Origin: Eledone cirrhosa | Lineage: Eukaryota | Direction of reading: 5' to 3' | Length of the DNA: 64,000 nt | NCBI GenBank assembly: GCA_964016885.1 | Contig: OZ024758.1 | Coordinates: 5,890,001 to 5,954,000 of the forward strand | Shown here: positions 39,891 to 54,829 of the stretch, in pieces | How the letters are laid out: the number at the start of each line of letters is the position of its first letter | Numbering within the stretch: position 1 is the first letter of the stretch | Notes under the pieces: generated by a model | What the model was told of the DNA's origin: nothing | The model's database searches: none | Seen by the model: only the letters and a program-made list of their open reading frames with translations | Program-made: the position numbers and the translations under genes

Positions 39891-41489
39891 ATAAATATAT
39901 ATATACACTCATACACATACATATACATATCATCATCACCATCGTTTAACGTCTATTTTCCACGCTACAATGGGTTAGATGAGTTGTCCCATTTGAAGCA
40001 TGTCAGGTCAGGTGACCATGTCTTGCTCATACATAACTGTTTCTAGCTTGGTTTCTATGGCTGGATGCTCTTCCTTTACAGTGTGGGCTGTATACTTTTT
40101 GTCATGACACCTACATGACCACTTTACAGTATGGATATAAACTCTATGAATTCAAGTATATTTCATAAGAATTCAGCTTTCTCTATCAACAAAAAGATCA
40201 GTAACATATTTACTTTGCCTCTCAGTGCTAGAATAAAATATAATTTTAACATTAATACTTAGAACAACAGTTTTATAAAAATAAACATTTTGAAAAATAA
40301 AAAATTAAATAGAAAATAATAAAAACTACAAGAGTGAACTAGATAAACCATGAAATTTAAATACTGGACAATCTGAGCAACCATCAGTACAGTTGTGGCT
40401 GTAACCAATGCTTGTTAATATTTCAGTCAGCTTAGCTCAAAATAGCTGACACTAGCATTTCATGATTAAGTGGTTAGTGTCAAAAAGGGCTTACACAATT
40501 CATGTGCCAGTATTAATATTTCTTAGCATTGCACAAGAGAAGAAAAAAAAGGACAAAAATATAATGTTAAATAATTCATTGCGCTATGTTAAAATATGTT
40601 AAAATATCTGTGAAATACGATTCTTGCTTATTTTATTTTTTACGTACTTATGAAAATGGTGCAAACTGCCACATGAATATTTAGTATAGAATTCTGACCA
40701 GTATTTGTGATGAAATATGAGAAGTCTTGTGAAGACGCAGTAGTGAAGAAGCTATTAAATGTTATGGCATGTTTATGGATAATTATAAACAAATACTATG
40801 AACAGATAATAAAAGAACAAAAACCAACAAAACTATTATCTTTTTCGTGTGTATGGTATATTTTCTTTCTAGCAACATATAACAGCTGCACAGTTAAGCC
40901 AATCTGCATTCATAGAAACACAAATTTACTTGGTAACGCTTACTTAATGCACATTACATCAGCAGTACTTAGCAGGCTTATAAACATCAAAGAAATTAGT
41001 CTACAGTTTACTTATCTATTTTATATACCTACATATTTCATTTTATGTCTGTTTTCTCTATGCTGACATATTCTGCTAGTTCTTGGAGTGTTTCTAGGTA
41101 ATGAATGTCTTTTATAATGAAGTGGGATTATATAGCATTTGGCAAATGTGCCAAAGTGGATGAGTCTAAGACAAAGGCAGTTACTACATATATCAAGGAA
41201 ACTATAGACTTGAACATGCTATTAAAAACATCATTGTATCTACAAATTCTAGGCTTTACAATTTCTGATTATCTCGGTTGGTGAGTGCACATATAAAACA
41301 GAACTAAAACAATGTCCCAAAGATTAGAATTCTTCTTCAGTACCAGAAAATACTTCAGCTCTGATAAACTAACTCTCTGCTACAAAACTCAAGATCTACA
41401 ATGCTATGTTACCTTCATAGCTGGGACAATGCTGATGCTAAACATACAAATATCATCAATTGTAGGGTTTCTCCCTATAAACAAAAGGC

Positions 41490-41945
41490 TGGTTATATGA
41501 TACCTGTGTGAGATGCGCGATGCTACATGGTAGTGAGACATGGGCAGCAACTGCGGAGGATATGTGACGGCTGGAGAGAAATCAAGCAAGCATGCTCCGT
41601 TGGATGTGCAATGTCAATATGCATGAACGTCCAAGCATAGATGAGTTGAGAAAGAAACTGTGTATAAGAAGGATAGGCTGTAGTGTGCGGGAGAGAAGGC
41701 TGTTTTTGGACATGTGATGTGCATGGAGGATGACTGCTGGGTAAGGAAGTGTCAAGAAATCCCAGCAGAAGGAAGACCACAAAAATCATGGGCGGAGGTG
41801 GTGAGAGCAGACCTCAGATCGCTGAAGCTCACAGAGGAGATGACGAAGGACCATGATGAATGGAGAGATGCTGTGCTGAATAGGACCCGTCCCACCCTTG
41901 CAAGCAAGGAAAAGTGGACGTAAAATGATGAGGATGATGATCATG
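41490..41945 (+). mobile_element. RTE-clade LINE 3' end
   Basis: MLHGSETWA...SMLRWMCNV...GRPQKSWAEVVRADL...DEWRDAV, ending in a (GAT)n tail. Confidence 0.85.
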
Positions 41946-43659
41946 ATGTATCCAAAAGAAAGCCCCCCAACTGGTAAAGTCTAACTTCAGACAGTTTCCT
42001 CTCTGATTTTTCTACCATTACTACAATGGTCTTTGCTCTCTTGAACTGTTTGCAGTTCAGGCCCATCCACCATACTTACTTCTAGTCACACAACATTACT
42101 AGTCTAGCAAAACTATAAAGGCTTTAGCATTTACATTACTCTATATATACTATTGTATTTTCATGGTAAACACTTTATCTCACATAATTATTTTACATAA
42201 TATCGAATGTATGGAATTTTGATATTTATTTGAGAACAATACCTTAACATCAGTATGAGGGGCTGGTTATGACCGGTTTGAACAGAAAGAGGTGAGAGAA
42301 TTCTGGTCGGATATGGCCGGTTTAAATGGTTTAAATGCTAAAGGGTTAATGGTAAAATAGCCCTAACAACAACATTTTTTCTCAAGGTCTCTAACATAAC
42401 TGGTGGAGGCATGTGGCCTAGTGGTAAGTGTGTTGGACTTACAGTCGTAATGTTGTGGGTTCGATTCCTGGACTGGGTTATGTGTTGTGTTCTTGAGCAA
42501 AACACTTCATTTGACATTGCTCCAGTATACTCAGCTGAAAATGAGTACCAACAGCAATAGCTGGGAGTTTAACCCTGAGATGAACTGGCATCCTATCCAG
42601 AGGGAAGTCATGTACTCTCTGTTGCTTAACACCATAGATACCAGGATAAGCAGCAGCCTGAGGAGCCTCCAGGCTTGAGACAAACTTTCATATATTTTTT
42701 TAACATAATTGAAGAGCAAAATTTTACCAGTTTTTCCAACATGCTTCCTTCAGTTCTATTCATATCTTGGGTTGATTTTAACATCTGGTATTAAAATCAT
42801 GAAAGTTAAATATTTTAACACTTTAAGCCTTTTGTTCGCAAATCACCCACGGCTACCTGTACTTACCTATTCCCACTTAAATAAAAATATCAAGGTAGAT
42901 CTTGTTACTTTGTTAGTGATAACACAGATAACGCATGCTTTAAATAGATAAGACATTTTTACACATTTTTTATATTTTTTATATATCATCCTTTCTAAAA
43001 CTTTTTACCGTTTAAAAAAAAAATGGATACTAGGTTTAGATTTTGTAGCAGCAACTGAGGAATCTTTAAAGGAAGGTGTAGTAGTTTCAAATAAAAGATG
43101 CTTCAACCATATATCCATCTGATGGGCTTTGAGTGAGATATTTCAATTTCTGAGAGAGGGAGAAAATAGCTCTGACACATATAGGGAAAGCAAGAATGCT
43201 GAAGGTCCAAATACCGAATGGAATGAAAAATAATTTAATATTTCTCTTTGAAATTCTTCAGAAGCAAACATTGATTTTAAAATAACTTGACTGCATATAG
43301 AAAAGGAGTGTTGTTGTAAAATAGGCAAATATATTTAAAAAATGGTGATGAAATAATTTGAAAAAAGGATATCTGCTAGTAACTGCATACTAAAATAAGA
43401 GGTTAAATAATTGCTTGTCTATGTGTATCCAAATAAAAGTAAATGGAAATGGCACATCATTTGCAAACTTTGAATACAAAACAAAAGCTATATAAGAAGT
43501 GTAGACCTGTTGAATCAAATGGTGAACAAGTTTGTTGTGGAGAAAAAGGTTCCATATATGGCTTTCAAAAACTCTCTGAGTCTAGAGAAAGTGATGTCAT
43601 TGATATTGTAATCAACAGCTGCAGGAAAAATATGCATGGGAGGGTAATTGAAGTGAGGC

Positions 43660-44620
43660 TGACATTCTTGGAGAATGGTTAGTGTGGCACTAGGGTGGGG
43701 AAGACACAATATGAGTGATGAAAAGAGGAGAATTTGAGTAAACCAGAAATGTGGAACTGGAACTGGTATAAGATCAGCCAGCTCTGAAGAACAGAAGCCT
43801 CTGTAGTAGTGGTAGAAAAATCAGTGAGAAAGGAGACAAGCACATCTTCAGGCCAGCAGTTGGCATAAGTTTGTGGATGAATTGATGTCAATGAGTTGCC
43901 GTCCTCTGGATACAGTCTAAGAATTTGAGTGTGTGTGTGTAAACAGTCGAATATTGTGTGTGTGTAAACAGTCGAATATTGTGTGTTTACAGTGAAAGAT
44001 TGTGTATGTGTGTACAGTCGAAGATTGTGTGTGTGTGTGTAGAAACAGCACAACCTCAAATGTGGGAGAAACACTCCATTGTGGGACTAACATGAACATC
44101 GTAGAGGGTTTGCAGTTGTTAAGGGAGAAAGTATTTTCAGGACTTGAAGAGAAACACCAATCATTAAGAGGTAGACTTTGCTACATTGAGGATGTACAGT
44201 GATCAAGAGAGATCCTCAACAGAGGTAGGACTGAGCAATCATGTGGGCTCTTATTATGTGTTTTAGGGTGTAGTGGGGGCTGGAAGTGGCAATAACGCTT
44301 TCGTGGTATCTACATTGACTGTCTATTTTTGCTGTTGAAGGAGGCAAGACTGGCATGACAAGATAGGAGGATGTTTTTGAAGGCACAGTTCATGGAGTCA
44401 GTACAGATCTCTAGGCTGTACAAGAGATGCTTGGAGACAGAAAGTTAGGTAAGAAAGAAGATAACTATCTTCTCCACAGGAGTGGGTATTGTTAGAGGTG
44501 ATGGCAAAACCATTGGTGATGTGTAGAAGGTTCAAAACCATTGCAATCATCTGCAGGACAGGATACTCAATAAAATAATTAGAACAGTAGAAGACCAAAC
44601 TTTGTCAGAGCGATATCTCT
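43660..44620 (-). mobile_element. Degraded CR1/Jockey-group LINE RT fragment with an internal short tandem repeat (43925-44040)
   Basis: SNNTHSCGEDSYL (decayed YADD region), KYFLP*QLQTLY, PTMECFSHI*G, LDCIQR, FYHYYRGFCSSELADLIP. Confidence 0.75.
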
Positions 44621-45547
44621 CTCAATTCAATTGGACTCCATAAAATATTTTAAATAATAGATAGCTGCAAGAATTTTCCAAAACTTCCAGCACCAGAAAA
44701 GGAAAGCAAGCAGTGGGCAGTTATCCCTTTAACAATTAAACCAGCCATATCTGGCCAGGTTTTTCTCACCTATTTCTGTTCAAACTGGCCACTCATAATG
44801 ATGTTAAGGTATTGTTCTCAAAATAAATAATACCAAAATCTCGTAGCCTCGACATTATAAGAGATAATTAAGTAAGATAAAGCCTTTACCACAAAGCTAC
44901 AATAGTAAATATAGAGTAATGTAAATGCTAAAGGGTTAAGTAAACCAATTTCCAATGTGTATTTACAAGACTGCATTATACAGAGAGAGATGTTTGACGT
45001 CTTTCCATGACAAATAGTGGTTACTTTTTGTAAATAAAAGATTATTTTATAAAATTCTTTATTCTTTAATTTACATGGCTTATGTTTATTTATTTTCCCT
45101 GAAACTTCAATTTATTTGTACAGTGAGTGACAAATTGTTTTAAATTATATTAGTGAATCTTTTCTTGTGTATGTGCATGTGCGTATGTATGTATAGTGGG
45201 TATGTGTGTGCATGTGTGAATGTGTGTGTATGGTGAGCATGTGTGAATGTGTGTGTATGGTTTGTATGTGTGCATGTATGCATGTGTATATGTGTATGGT
45301 GTGAATGTGTATATTTGAGTGTGAATTTACTGTTTTCAAGCATTTTGATAAATGTCAGTATTTCATGCAATGTTTACTTTTATGTCTAATCTGCATAATT
45401 CTTCTATATTGGAATTGGAAATCAGTTATTTATCCCTGGTTGACAATTGATTTCAATATGGTAATATTTAAAAACAATTTGAATAATGTCCCATTTCATT
45501 AAATTTACCTGTAGTTTAAGTAGATTTGAGACAAAAATTCATACGTA

Positions 45548-46135
45548 CTGTATATACTCAAATATAAGCCAATACAAATATAAGCTGACCTCAACATTTT
45601 GTTTCTGAGAAATGGGCAAAAATCCAAACCTTACATAGAATTTCAAATTGGTGAAAATCATCAAAATATTGACCCCATCCTTCTATCATCGATTTTCTGG
45701 TCACATATTCCCCAGCTTATATTTAAGTATATACAATAATTTTTAAGTATAAGCAGCTTTTGTTGAGCTCTGTAGCAAACACCACCATAATATATCAATA
45801 TACAAAAAGGTTATAGTTGTTTTATGAAACCAAAGTAAATTCAGATATTTTAGAATCTAACTAAAACACAGTTTTAGTTAGAAATGTGGGAAACAAACGG
45901 GCTAAGACAATTTTTTGTCTAATTTTATATTCATTTTTCTAATTGACCGTACATACTCAAATATCATCGGACCTCTACCCTCATATTATGCCTGAGAAAT
46001 AGGCAAAAATCCAAATCCTGTTTATAAACCAAGGCTAATCAACACATTGTTTAACTGGCATACATAAGCCTATCTCCCATTTTACTATTGACTTTTTGGT
46101 CACATATTCCTCAGTTTATATTCAGTATATCCCTG
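45548..46135. mobile_element. Two pogo/Tigger-like MITEs (related copies at 51580-51820; another family at 27810-27985 and 34660-34748)
   Basis: TA-C(C/T)GTATATACTC(A/G)AATATAAGCC termini with matching inverted ends. Confidence 0.7.
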
Positions 46136-46459
46136 TATTAAGTGGCAAATTGGCAGCCATTTGGGTATCAGATTAAAACGTGTTGGTATTTGTTCTGGCT
46201 CACTATATTCTGAGTTCAAATCCCACCGAGGTCAACTTTGTCTAGCAAGAAAAACAGATGTTAAATGATGATGGAGGAAAGTCGCAATAGAGGTAGTCCA
46301 AGAAAGACATGGGCATTAGTGGAGAGAACTGATCTTAAATCACTGAGAAACTCAAGAGGAGATGACAAAGGAATGTGGTGAGTAGAGAGATGCTGTGCAG
46401 AAGAGGACTTGTCCAACCCATGCAAGCATGGAAAACCGGAAGTAAAAGTGATGATGTAA

Positions 46460-46500
<41 letters not shown>

Positions 46501-49322
46501 AAATTCAGGACCCCTACAGCTGAGCTCCAGCTGTTTTGTTATATATATATACACACACACCAAATCTGGATTCAGTAATATTTTTTTTAGTTAGGGATTC
46601 ATTAAAAGGTCATTAAATCCTATTCATATTTCTTTTTCTGGAGCACAAACACTTATATAACTCAAAGAGCAAACATCTCTATGGTTTCTTGACTTGGGGC
46701 AACCAAATCTTCAAATCACACCCTAACATTTTAGATTTAAAAAAAGACAGAGGATGTATGAGATGCACACTGTGCTTGGTAAAATGGTGGGATGGTCACA
46801 GCTGGAACACCTTTAATTACAGGCTTGCTCAATCAGCACTAATCTCAGGATAAACAGCAGCAACAACAACAAAATCACAAATTTAATACAAAGGTCAGCT
46901 GAAAAGTTCAGCCTTACTATGAAGAAATTATGCTAGAGCTGTGAAATCTTACATGCATTCATTTTAGTTCTTCTTATCAATAACTGCAGTGTTTATTTCC
47001 AGGGACTATGTTGAAAAAAAAACCTCATTTGGTCATTCCATGAGAGTGCCTTTGGTCAGCCTATGAACTTTTCAGCTGACCCTCGCACAGTAAAAGTTTA
47101 AATAATTCAATAAAACATCTCTGAATGCATTTTAGTTGATGTAGGAATTTGGTACTATGATTTATCAGGATTCATCTGTGTGTGATAGAAGACAAGGATC
47201 AGTAGATGACCCCCCAAATGTAAGAATGGTTAGTGTGGCACTCCAACAACTGACTGTGCCGATGACAATAATGACTTTTCCTATCATTTGTAGTTAGAAA
47301 TATCACAAACAGGGTACCGGTATAGATGCAATGGCAGTGTCCCAGCATGGCCTCAGCTTCTCAGCTGGAACGCATGATAGAGTTGATCTTTTATTTCTTT
47401 TGATAAATCAAAGTGCCATTAACAAGAAGACAGATCATCATCATCATCATTTATTAACAGAACCTCAGTATAGTACTTCTACTTGTTGTTTAACCCCAGG
47501 TCAACCTAGATCGAGTAAATGTTTGTTCAAGGTTATTCAAACCATAAGCATCCTCTCTTTTTAGAGGTATGTATCTTTTCCATATGGGAAGCATGATTTG
47601 AGGGAGAATTTGCCTGCTAATTCTAGCAGTTTGAGCAAACATTTATACATATGAAGTTCAGGATTTGAATGAATTCATGAGACATTAAACAACAAAAACT
47701 TGTATCAGTTACTCAAGCAACATACTGGAAAAAAAATGGTGTAAAGACTGATTCATTTCCTTCTGAGTCCACAGTACCTAATTTTATTCCTGCTTTTATG
47801 TCTGAAGTGAAAAGAAAGGGCCTACAGCATTATCAGACCCAACTATACTAGAGTTGCATGTTAAAACACAACAGAAAACATGGTGAAAAGGAGTCAGTTC
47901 TAGAGAAGAATTAAAAATGTTTAGTGTAAGAAACTTTAGGGGATGAAAGAAATATAGCAGAGATAGTAGGAAAAGGAGAGATTAAGTAGGGTGAGTTTAG
48001 ATGGGTGCTGTAAATAACCAACAAATTCAGAAAAGCAGAGACAAAGGAATACTGAAACCAATAAGCCAAACACTATCTATTTATAGTTGTTTTTATTTAG
48101 AATAAAATTGAAATAGAAAACGGATACTGTGAAAGGTTTGTTTGTCCCCATCACCTCAGAGTTAGCTACTCCATTTAAAAATTGTTTTAGAAGGTACTAA
48201 ATCCTTAGATCAGGAGTAATAATCGTTTCTACTTTTGGCACAAGATCAGCAATTTTGAGGGAAGGGAAATGTCGATTAAATTGACCCCAGTGTATTACTG
48301 GTACTTTATTTTTTTGATCCTGCAAGGATGAAAGGCAAATCTAACCATGACAGGATTTGAACTCAGAACATAAAGGGACGTAACTATATGCCGTAAAGCT
48401 TGTTGTCCGATGCTCTATCAAGCATAATAACGGTTTCTGATTTAGGCACAAAGCCAACAATTTTGGAGGAGGAGAAAGTTGATTAAATTATCCCAGTGTA
48501 TTACTGGTACTTTATTTTATCACTCAATACAATAAACATTCAAATCAGTAACACCTGTATTTAGGTGTGAATGACACACACAAAATAAGAAGAAATTAAT
48601 AAATTTCAATAAAGAAGTTTTAATAATGTCCATTCTCGTTATTCCAAGCTAATAAGCTTTGTTTAAGCTGTCCTCGGATATTATGTTGATTAATAAGTTC
48701 TTAAAACAAAAATTCATTAAAAAGAGTTTAAAGCAGTTTCTTTTTGCCCGTGCACAAAAATAACATATTTACAGAAAGAAATGTGTTAGATTGTTTTTTT
48801 TGTTTTTCACAAAAACTCTTTGCAGCAATAATAAAGTGAACTAGCTTCAACTGTGAATCAAAACCACGTCAGAGGCTGGTAGAAGCTTACCACGTGTTTA
48901 ACAGACCACCACAGGGTTTCAAAATACAGCTATAAAATTTCATTTGTTTTTATGAGGACCATTTGCAACGAAAGAACAAATACTTTTTTTCAAACTTATA
49001 TTATATAACTTAGATTTTATGTAGAGAAAATAATTTATCTTTGATTTATTGTCTTAAGAGACTGAGATTAAAATAAATTCTTGCTTTTTTTTTTATTTTT
49101 TTATTGAATCTAGTATTTCACATTAATACTTTCTTGTTTTTTAGGGGGGATTTTTTTCCAACAATGATATTATTTTTATGACAAAAAAAATATTGAAAGA
49201 AAGAGAGTGAGAGAAAGAAATGAACCATTTTATTTGTAAGCCTCTGAATGATAAAAAAAAAAAAAGAAAATGTCCACCTCAATACAACAGACATGTATGT
49301 GAGAACATATAAACAGTCCCAC

Positions 49323-49375
49323 CTTTCTATATGATTGCATTTCACACTTATCACTAAAATGATCCTCCATCTTCT
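49323..49375 (-). CDS. Candidate 53-nt internal exon (KMEDHFSDKCEMQSYRK)
   Basis: Pyrimidine tract then caag| acceptor and AAG|GTGGGA donor; ends in phase 0, compatible with the aag|agt acceptor at 33894. Confidence 0.25.
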
Positions 49376-49725
49376 CTTGAGTTAAGCAGTATTTTAGAGG
49401 AAAGAAAACAAGCATCATATCTTCAGAAAGAAGCAATTAACAAAATTTGATATATATATTGGATTGTCAAGTATGAAATTTGTAGATAAAAATAAATTTC
49501 TACAAATTTCATACTTGACGATGCAATATATAAACAAATATATACACACACATGTATATATATATATACACACACGTGTGTATATGATTCCAATATGAGC
49601 ACTCGATGCACAGACAGAGTGTATATAATAAGAAAAACGAAATATCCTTTACATATATTTGATTTTATTGTGTATCAATACACAATAAAAAGATAAATAC
49701 ATTTAAATGAAACTTCATTTTTCTT

Positions 49726-49768
<43 letters not shown>

Positions 49769-50969
49769 ATTCATGCTGTTGAGAGTCAACCAGAAAATTC
49801 CATCACCAAACTAAAACAAAGTTAAAAGTTAGCACAAAACATGGATTTAGTAGTTTAGGTTTAGATCATAACATTCCTTGAAAATCCAAATGCAAAGATT
49901 CTTATTTTTAATACTGATTTCTTCTGAATTGGTACAAAGCCAACTTTTGTAAAGAGTATGGCCAACTAAAGTAATTTTCTTTTTATCATCCGTGTTATTT
50001 TATCAAGTCTCGTGAATAAGTTAAACACAACTAAATACTGTACAGTATTTAGTCCATTATATCAACCGTCTTAGGTGGCGAATTGGCAAAATCATTAGAA
50101 CATTGGATAGAATGCTTTGCAAGTAGCTGTTCTGACTCTCTGCTTTCTGAGTTCAAATCCTGCTGAGGTCAACTTTGCCCATTATCCATTTAAGGTCAAT
50201 AAAAAAAGTACTAGTCAAGTACTCGGGGGTAGATTCTTCCTCTATATCACTTTCTCACTTTCTTCTCTCACACTCAATCGTTCTCTGTAAGAAATCTGCT
50301 GTGTTCAGACCTGGAGAGGAGATGGGCTCTGCCAGGTTTTAAAAAATACCCTAGAAATGCCAATATTTCAATATGGTGCCCATACGACTCCCTCAGGAGT
50401 TATGGGTCCATAGGTCCATACATACATCAACCATCTTGACTGTTTTGACTGTTTATATAATAAAAATCAAAGTCATAGAAAAAAAGTTATTTGAAGTTCC
50501 ACAGAACACTTTCTATTCATTTTCCACATAATTTTGTACTCAATTTTTCTGAAATTTATGAGAAACTTTAAATACATGAAGCTTCTAGAAGCCTGGAATC
50601 AGTATTAACTGATGAACATGTGTGTATTGCTTTACATTTTACACATTCTTTATTCCTTTAATATATCATTTAATTAATAAATATCAAAGAAAGGGAATAT
50701 GAAGAAAAAAAAAAAAAAAATTAGTCTGCTACCAATCAAACTTTTCTGATAATAGAAAAATGATTTGGGGGTCAATTGCTTTGAATGGGATGAGGAGGGA
50801 GAGGGCAGTCAAAATTCCTATGATAGCAAAAATTATTTCCCAACAAATGCAGCTGTTTTTTATTTTGTTTGTGCTTTTTGGTATCTTTCTTTTTTTTTTT
50901 GTATTTCTTGCGCACACACCCACAAGTCTATCACACAAGCATGAAATGATGGACAAAGATGACCGATAT

Positions 50970-51009
50970 TTACTTGTGGATTTCAAGGTGACAACAGCAA
51001 CCAATGTTA
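50970..51009 (-). CDS. Candidate small exon: phase-2 last exon NIGCCCHLEIHK*, or phase-1 internal exon TLVAVVTLKST ending at AA|GTAAAT
   Basis: Acceptor ttttcatttattttttcag|TAACAT with several hundred nt of pyrimidine-rich sequence upstream on the minus strand; AATAAA (-) about 110 nt after the stop. Confidence 0.4.
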
Positions 51010-51623
51010 CTGAAAAAATAAATGAAAACCTTTTTAGTTCAACAACTGTTCAAATAAAAAAAATGTTTAAAATAATATTGAATCTGAAATATGAGTTAGT
51101 AGAGTTAGAGGGAACAAAAGCAACAAAAGGTTGAATCGAAAAGCAAAAAATAAAAAAAAAAAGAGAGAAAAAAGAGAGAGAAAAGAAAGAAAAGAAAACA
51201 AACAACTGTCAGGCTAAGAAAGAAAGAAAAAACAAACAAGGATACAGACTCAACAAAAGCAAGTAGGTAGGGAGAGAGAGAGAGAAGAGGAGGAATGAAA
51301 ATATAAACCTTTAGAGAAAAGACAAACCCACCCCTAGATATACAAACTGAAGTGAAACAGGTGAGGAGAACAATTTAGTCCACTGACAAGCAACCAATTC
51401 GAATTTTTACAAACCAAAACATTCTTTCTAAAAAGAGGGCTTATCTACATCTATTCTAGTCTTTCTTGGTTTCCTGCCATGAATTATTTCCATTACCAAC
51501 AAAGAACATCTTTCACCCACTATATACATATCAACCATTTGCATTATATATATTTACCAATAAAGATACTTTTCTTATTTACCATATATACTCGAATATA
51601 AGCCAAGGAATGTGAATATGTGA

Positions 51624-51662
<39 letters not shown>

Positions 51663-53393
51663 GATCGTAGAAGGGGGCGGGGGATTATATTATATACGGG
51701 GTCAATATTTTGGTAATTTTTTACCAACTTTAAATTCTACATATATAAGGTTTGGATTCTTGCCTATTTCTCTCAGGCATAAAATTGTGGGGTCAGCTTA
51801 AATTTGAGTATACACAGTATATCAATTAATTATTTCTACTTTTGGCACAAGACCAGCAATTACCCAGTGCATTACTGGTACTTTATTTTATCGACTCTGG
51901 AAGGATGAAAGGCAAAGTTAACCTCGGCGGTTAATTAATCTATTGATGCCTGCCCAGTCACTAACTCATCGCAGATCTTTACAGAAATTTATAAACCCAC
52001 TACATCGAACCATATTACAGATTTCCTAAATTTAATATCCTATCACCTCCTCTCCCATTAAACACACCTCAAATGTTCTGCCTTGCATCATCATCATTGT
52101 TGTTTAACATCCATCTTCCACGCTAGCATGGGTAGGATGGCTTGACCCTTAGGGAGAGAAACAGGCCAGAGGACCATTTATTGCTCACCCAGGACAAGAT
52201 TTTGGCTTGATTTCTACAGCTGGATGCCCTTCATAATGCCAAAAGTAATTACACCTGAAAGTAATTCTTTGCAAATACAATACAGGTCTTGTAAACAAAT
52301 ATTTCTGCACCTTAACTCCCATGGTACAGTTAGAACTCCCCCACATGTGTAACTCATGTAGCAGTACTTAGCTATAGTTTCAGTAAGCTATCAGAACAGT
52401 TGATAGCTTTCTGTTCATAAGCTCCTTATGCTATTGGCTTTCCCCAGTGCATATAATGCAGATATCTTGTATAACACAGACACACATACACTTGAGTTTC
52501 TGCTTACTTTCCTCCATGCAGTGTAAAGCTACTTCCTTGATGCTTCTAGGTTTTTTTATAGTCTGACCAGAACTTTAATCTAAGCTACAACCACCAGTAA
52601 GCATTTTAACTTAACCCTTTAACATTTAAACCGGTCATATTTGACCAGAATCCTCTCACCTCTTTCTGTTCAAATCGGCCACTCATACTGATGTTAAGGT
52701 ATTGTTCTCACATAAATATCAAAATATCATAGATTCAATATTATGTGAAATAGTTATGTGAGGTAAAGCCTTTACCATAAAAATATAATAGTATATATAT
52801 AGAGTAATGTCAATGCTAAAGGGTTAAACATATATCTATTTCTTCACTCCTGTAGTTTTAATTGTAGTTAATTGCAAGATTAGTTCTCATGATCATGAAA
52901 TCAGGAATGCCAGTGTAACTACTGCAAACAAATGTGAAATAATCATCATCACCACTTTAACATCAGCTTTCCCTGCTAACAAGGGTTGGACAGGTCTACA
53001 TAAACCAAGTCAGTACTGAAGCGGGTCTCCCAGATAGGCTAGGCATCTTATCTTGCTTACGTATGGTCTCACATTCTGCCGAGTTCACAGGAGAGGTTGT
53101 CATGTCTTTGACAAAACTGAAGGGTCCTCCCCACCCTTTGTTTGGCAAGCTTTCTATGGCTGGATGCCCTTCCTATCACCATTATTAATTATAACTACTT
53201 TTAACACACGAGATTATAGAGTCTCCCCTAAGACAATAGATATATCTCAGGGTTGCTTCTTATATCTATTTACCCAAGACTTCACTTATAGATATCTACT
53301 AAAAACATTAGCAACCAAGAACAAACTTATCATCATCATATCCATGCTAACTATAACTCACATTAACTATATGACTATGTAAGTGAGTTAATA

Positions 53394-53810
53394 CAAGGGT
53401 CAGCTGAAAATTTCATAGACTAACTAGGAAGGATTGATGCTAGAGCTGTGAAATCTTGCATGCATTAATTTCAACTCTTTGTATTAAAATCTGCATTGTT
53501 TCTTTCCAGGGACTGTATTGAAAATTAAACCACATTTGGTCATTCCATGAGAGTATCTTGGTCAGCCTATGAACTTTTCAGCCTACTCATGAATGTGACT
53601 GTATGTATATATACGAGTCTAGGCTGAAATGTTCACAGGCTGACTATGAAGGGGTGATGCTAGAGCTGTGAAATCTTGCATGCATTAATTTCAACTCGTC
53701 TTATTAATAACTGCATTGTTTCTTTCTAGGGACTATGTTAAAAAATAAACCTCATTTGGTCATTCCATGAGAGTATCTTGGTCAGCCTATGGACCTTTCA
53801 ACCAACCTTG
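53394..53810. mobile_element. Two adjacent mariner-derived MITEs of about 200 bp (others at 9157-9358, 29865-30210, 46889-47086, 26960-27080)
   Basis: TA flanks and TIRs related to CGAGGGTCAGCTGAAAAGTTCATAGGCTGAC. Confidence 0.85.
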
Positions 53811-54359
53811 TATATAGACAATACAATAAATACACTCTAGTAATACTCCTGATCAATAGAAACACTGTTTCTTCAATAAAAGATCTTCAGAAAACACTAC
53901 TTTTCTTTTGTTGGCTGTTGACGTGTGCATGCAAACACGTCTTTTAAATATGTTTCAATGCAACATGCAATAAACACAAGATGCAGAATTCATTCTTAAC
54001 AGAAAATAAAAGTAAAGGAAAGTGAAATAATTATGTTCAAACATAATTTTAAATAATAAAAAAAAAAAGTCTTAGGAATATAAAAACCAAATATAAAAAA
54101 AAAGAACAGAAAAAAAACACAAAGAAAACAATATGAACCAGGAAAAGTAAGCATAGAGCTGAGTTATTTGAAACAAAGACTAGTATGTATAAAAGAAACT
54201 GACTTAGCAATTTATTAAATATACCAAAAAGAAATATAAAAAAAACCCCAAATAATTGTTAAATTCAAAAATAAAATAAAATAAAACAGTAAGCAACACG
54301 AAAAGTTAATATTTTTGTTATTACTCCTACTTGTTCCTCCCCACATGAATTTAACATTC

Positions 54360-54414
<55 letters not shown>

Positions 54415-54705
54415 TAATAATAAGCAGTTCATTATAACGGAATTTCTTTTTATAATTATTTTTTTAACCTATCGACTTTTGTGTGTATTTCTAATCCAGT
54501 TATATAGTTTCTCAGAACAAAATGAAACAACAAACATCATAAAATTTCCTCAAAATAAGATCAAATAGCCTCAAATCTTCAGTTTGAATCCTCTGAGGAT
54601 TTTAATTTGATCCTCAATAAAAAAAAAGCTATATTGAATTAGAAAATTTTGTGAAAAAAATAACATTGACTTAGAAAAAAAAAAAAAAAAAATTCTTGAA
54701 TAGTT

Positions 54706-54829
54706 TCACATGATTTTGTAAAATGGCTGGCCATCTTGTCCAGAGAACAGAGCTGAGTTAAGCTGTCCAGCAGATGGTGCAGAGACCACCCACCCATCTC
54801 CAACTCTTTCCTTTTTGTCTTTTGTGTTA
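54706..54829 (-). CDS. Candidate exon of the same gene: phase-2 last exon NTKDKKERVGDGWVVSAPSAGQLNSALFSGQDGQPFYKIM*, or short phase-1 internal exon TQKTKRKELEM ending at G|GTGGGT
   Basis: Acceptor cattttattatacttcag|TAACAC; unique GC-richer island in TE-free flanks; AATAAA (-) near 54211. Confidence 0.5.

Noticed and set aside
42405-42480. tRNA genes at SINE heads (also 24720-24790, 58665-58735, 61935-62010)
   Set aside because: A/B boxes are present but there is no intact cloverleaf, and they continue into SINE bodies
50760-51134. 124-aa plus-strand ORF with a hydrophobic stretch
   Set aside because: The hydrophobic run comes from T-tracts, and it lies antisense to a better-supported minus-strand exon
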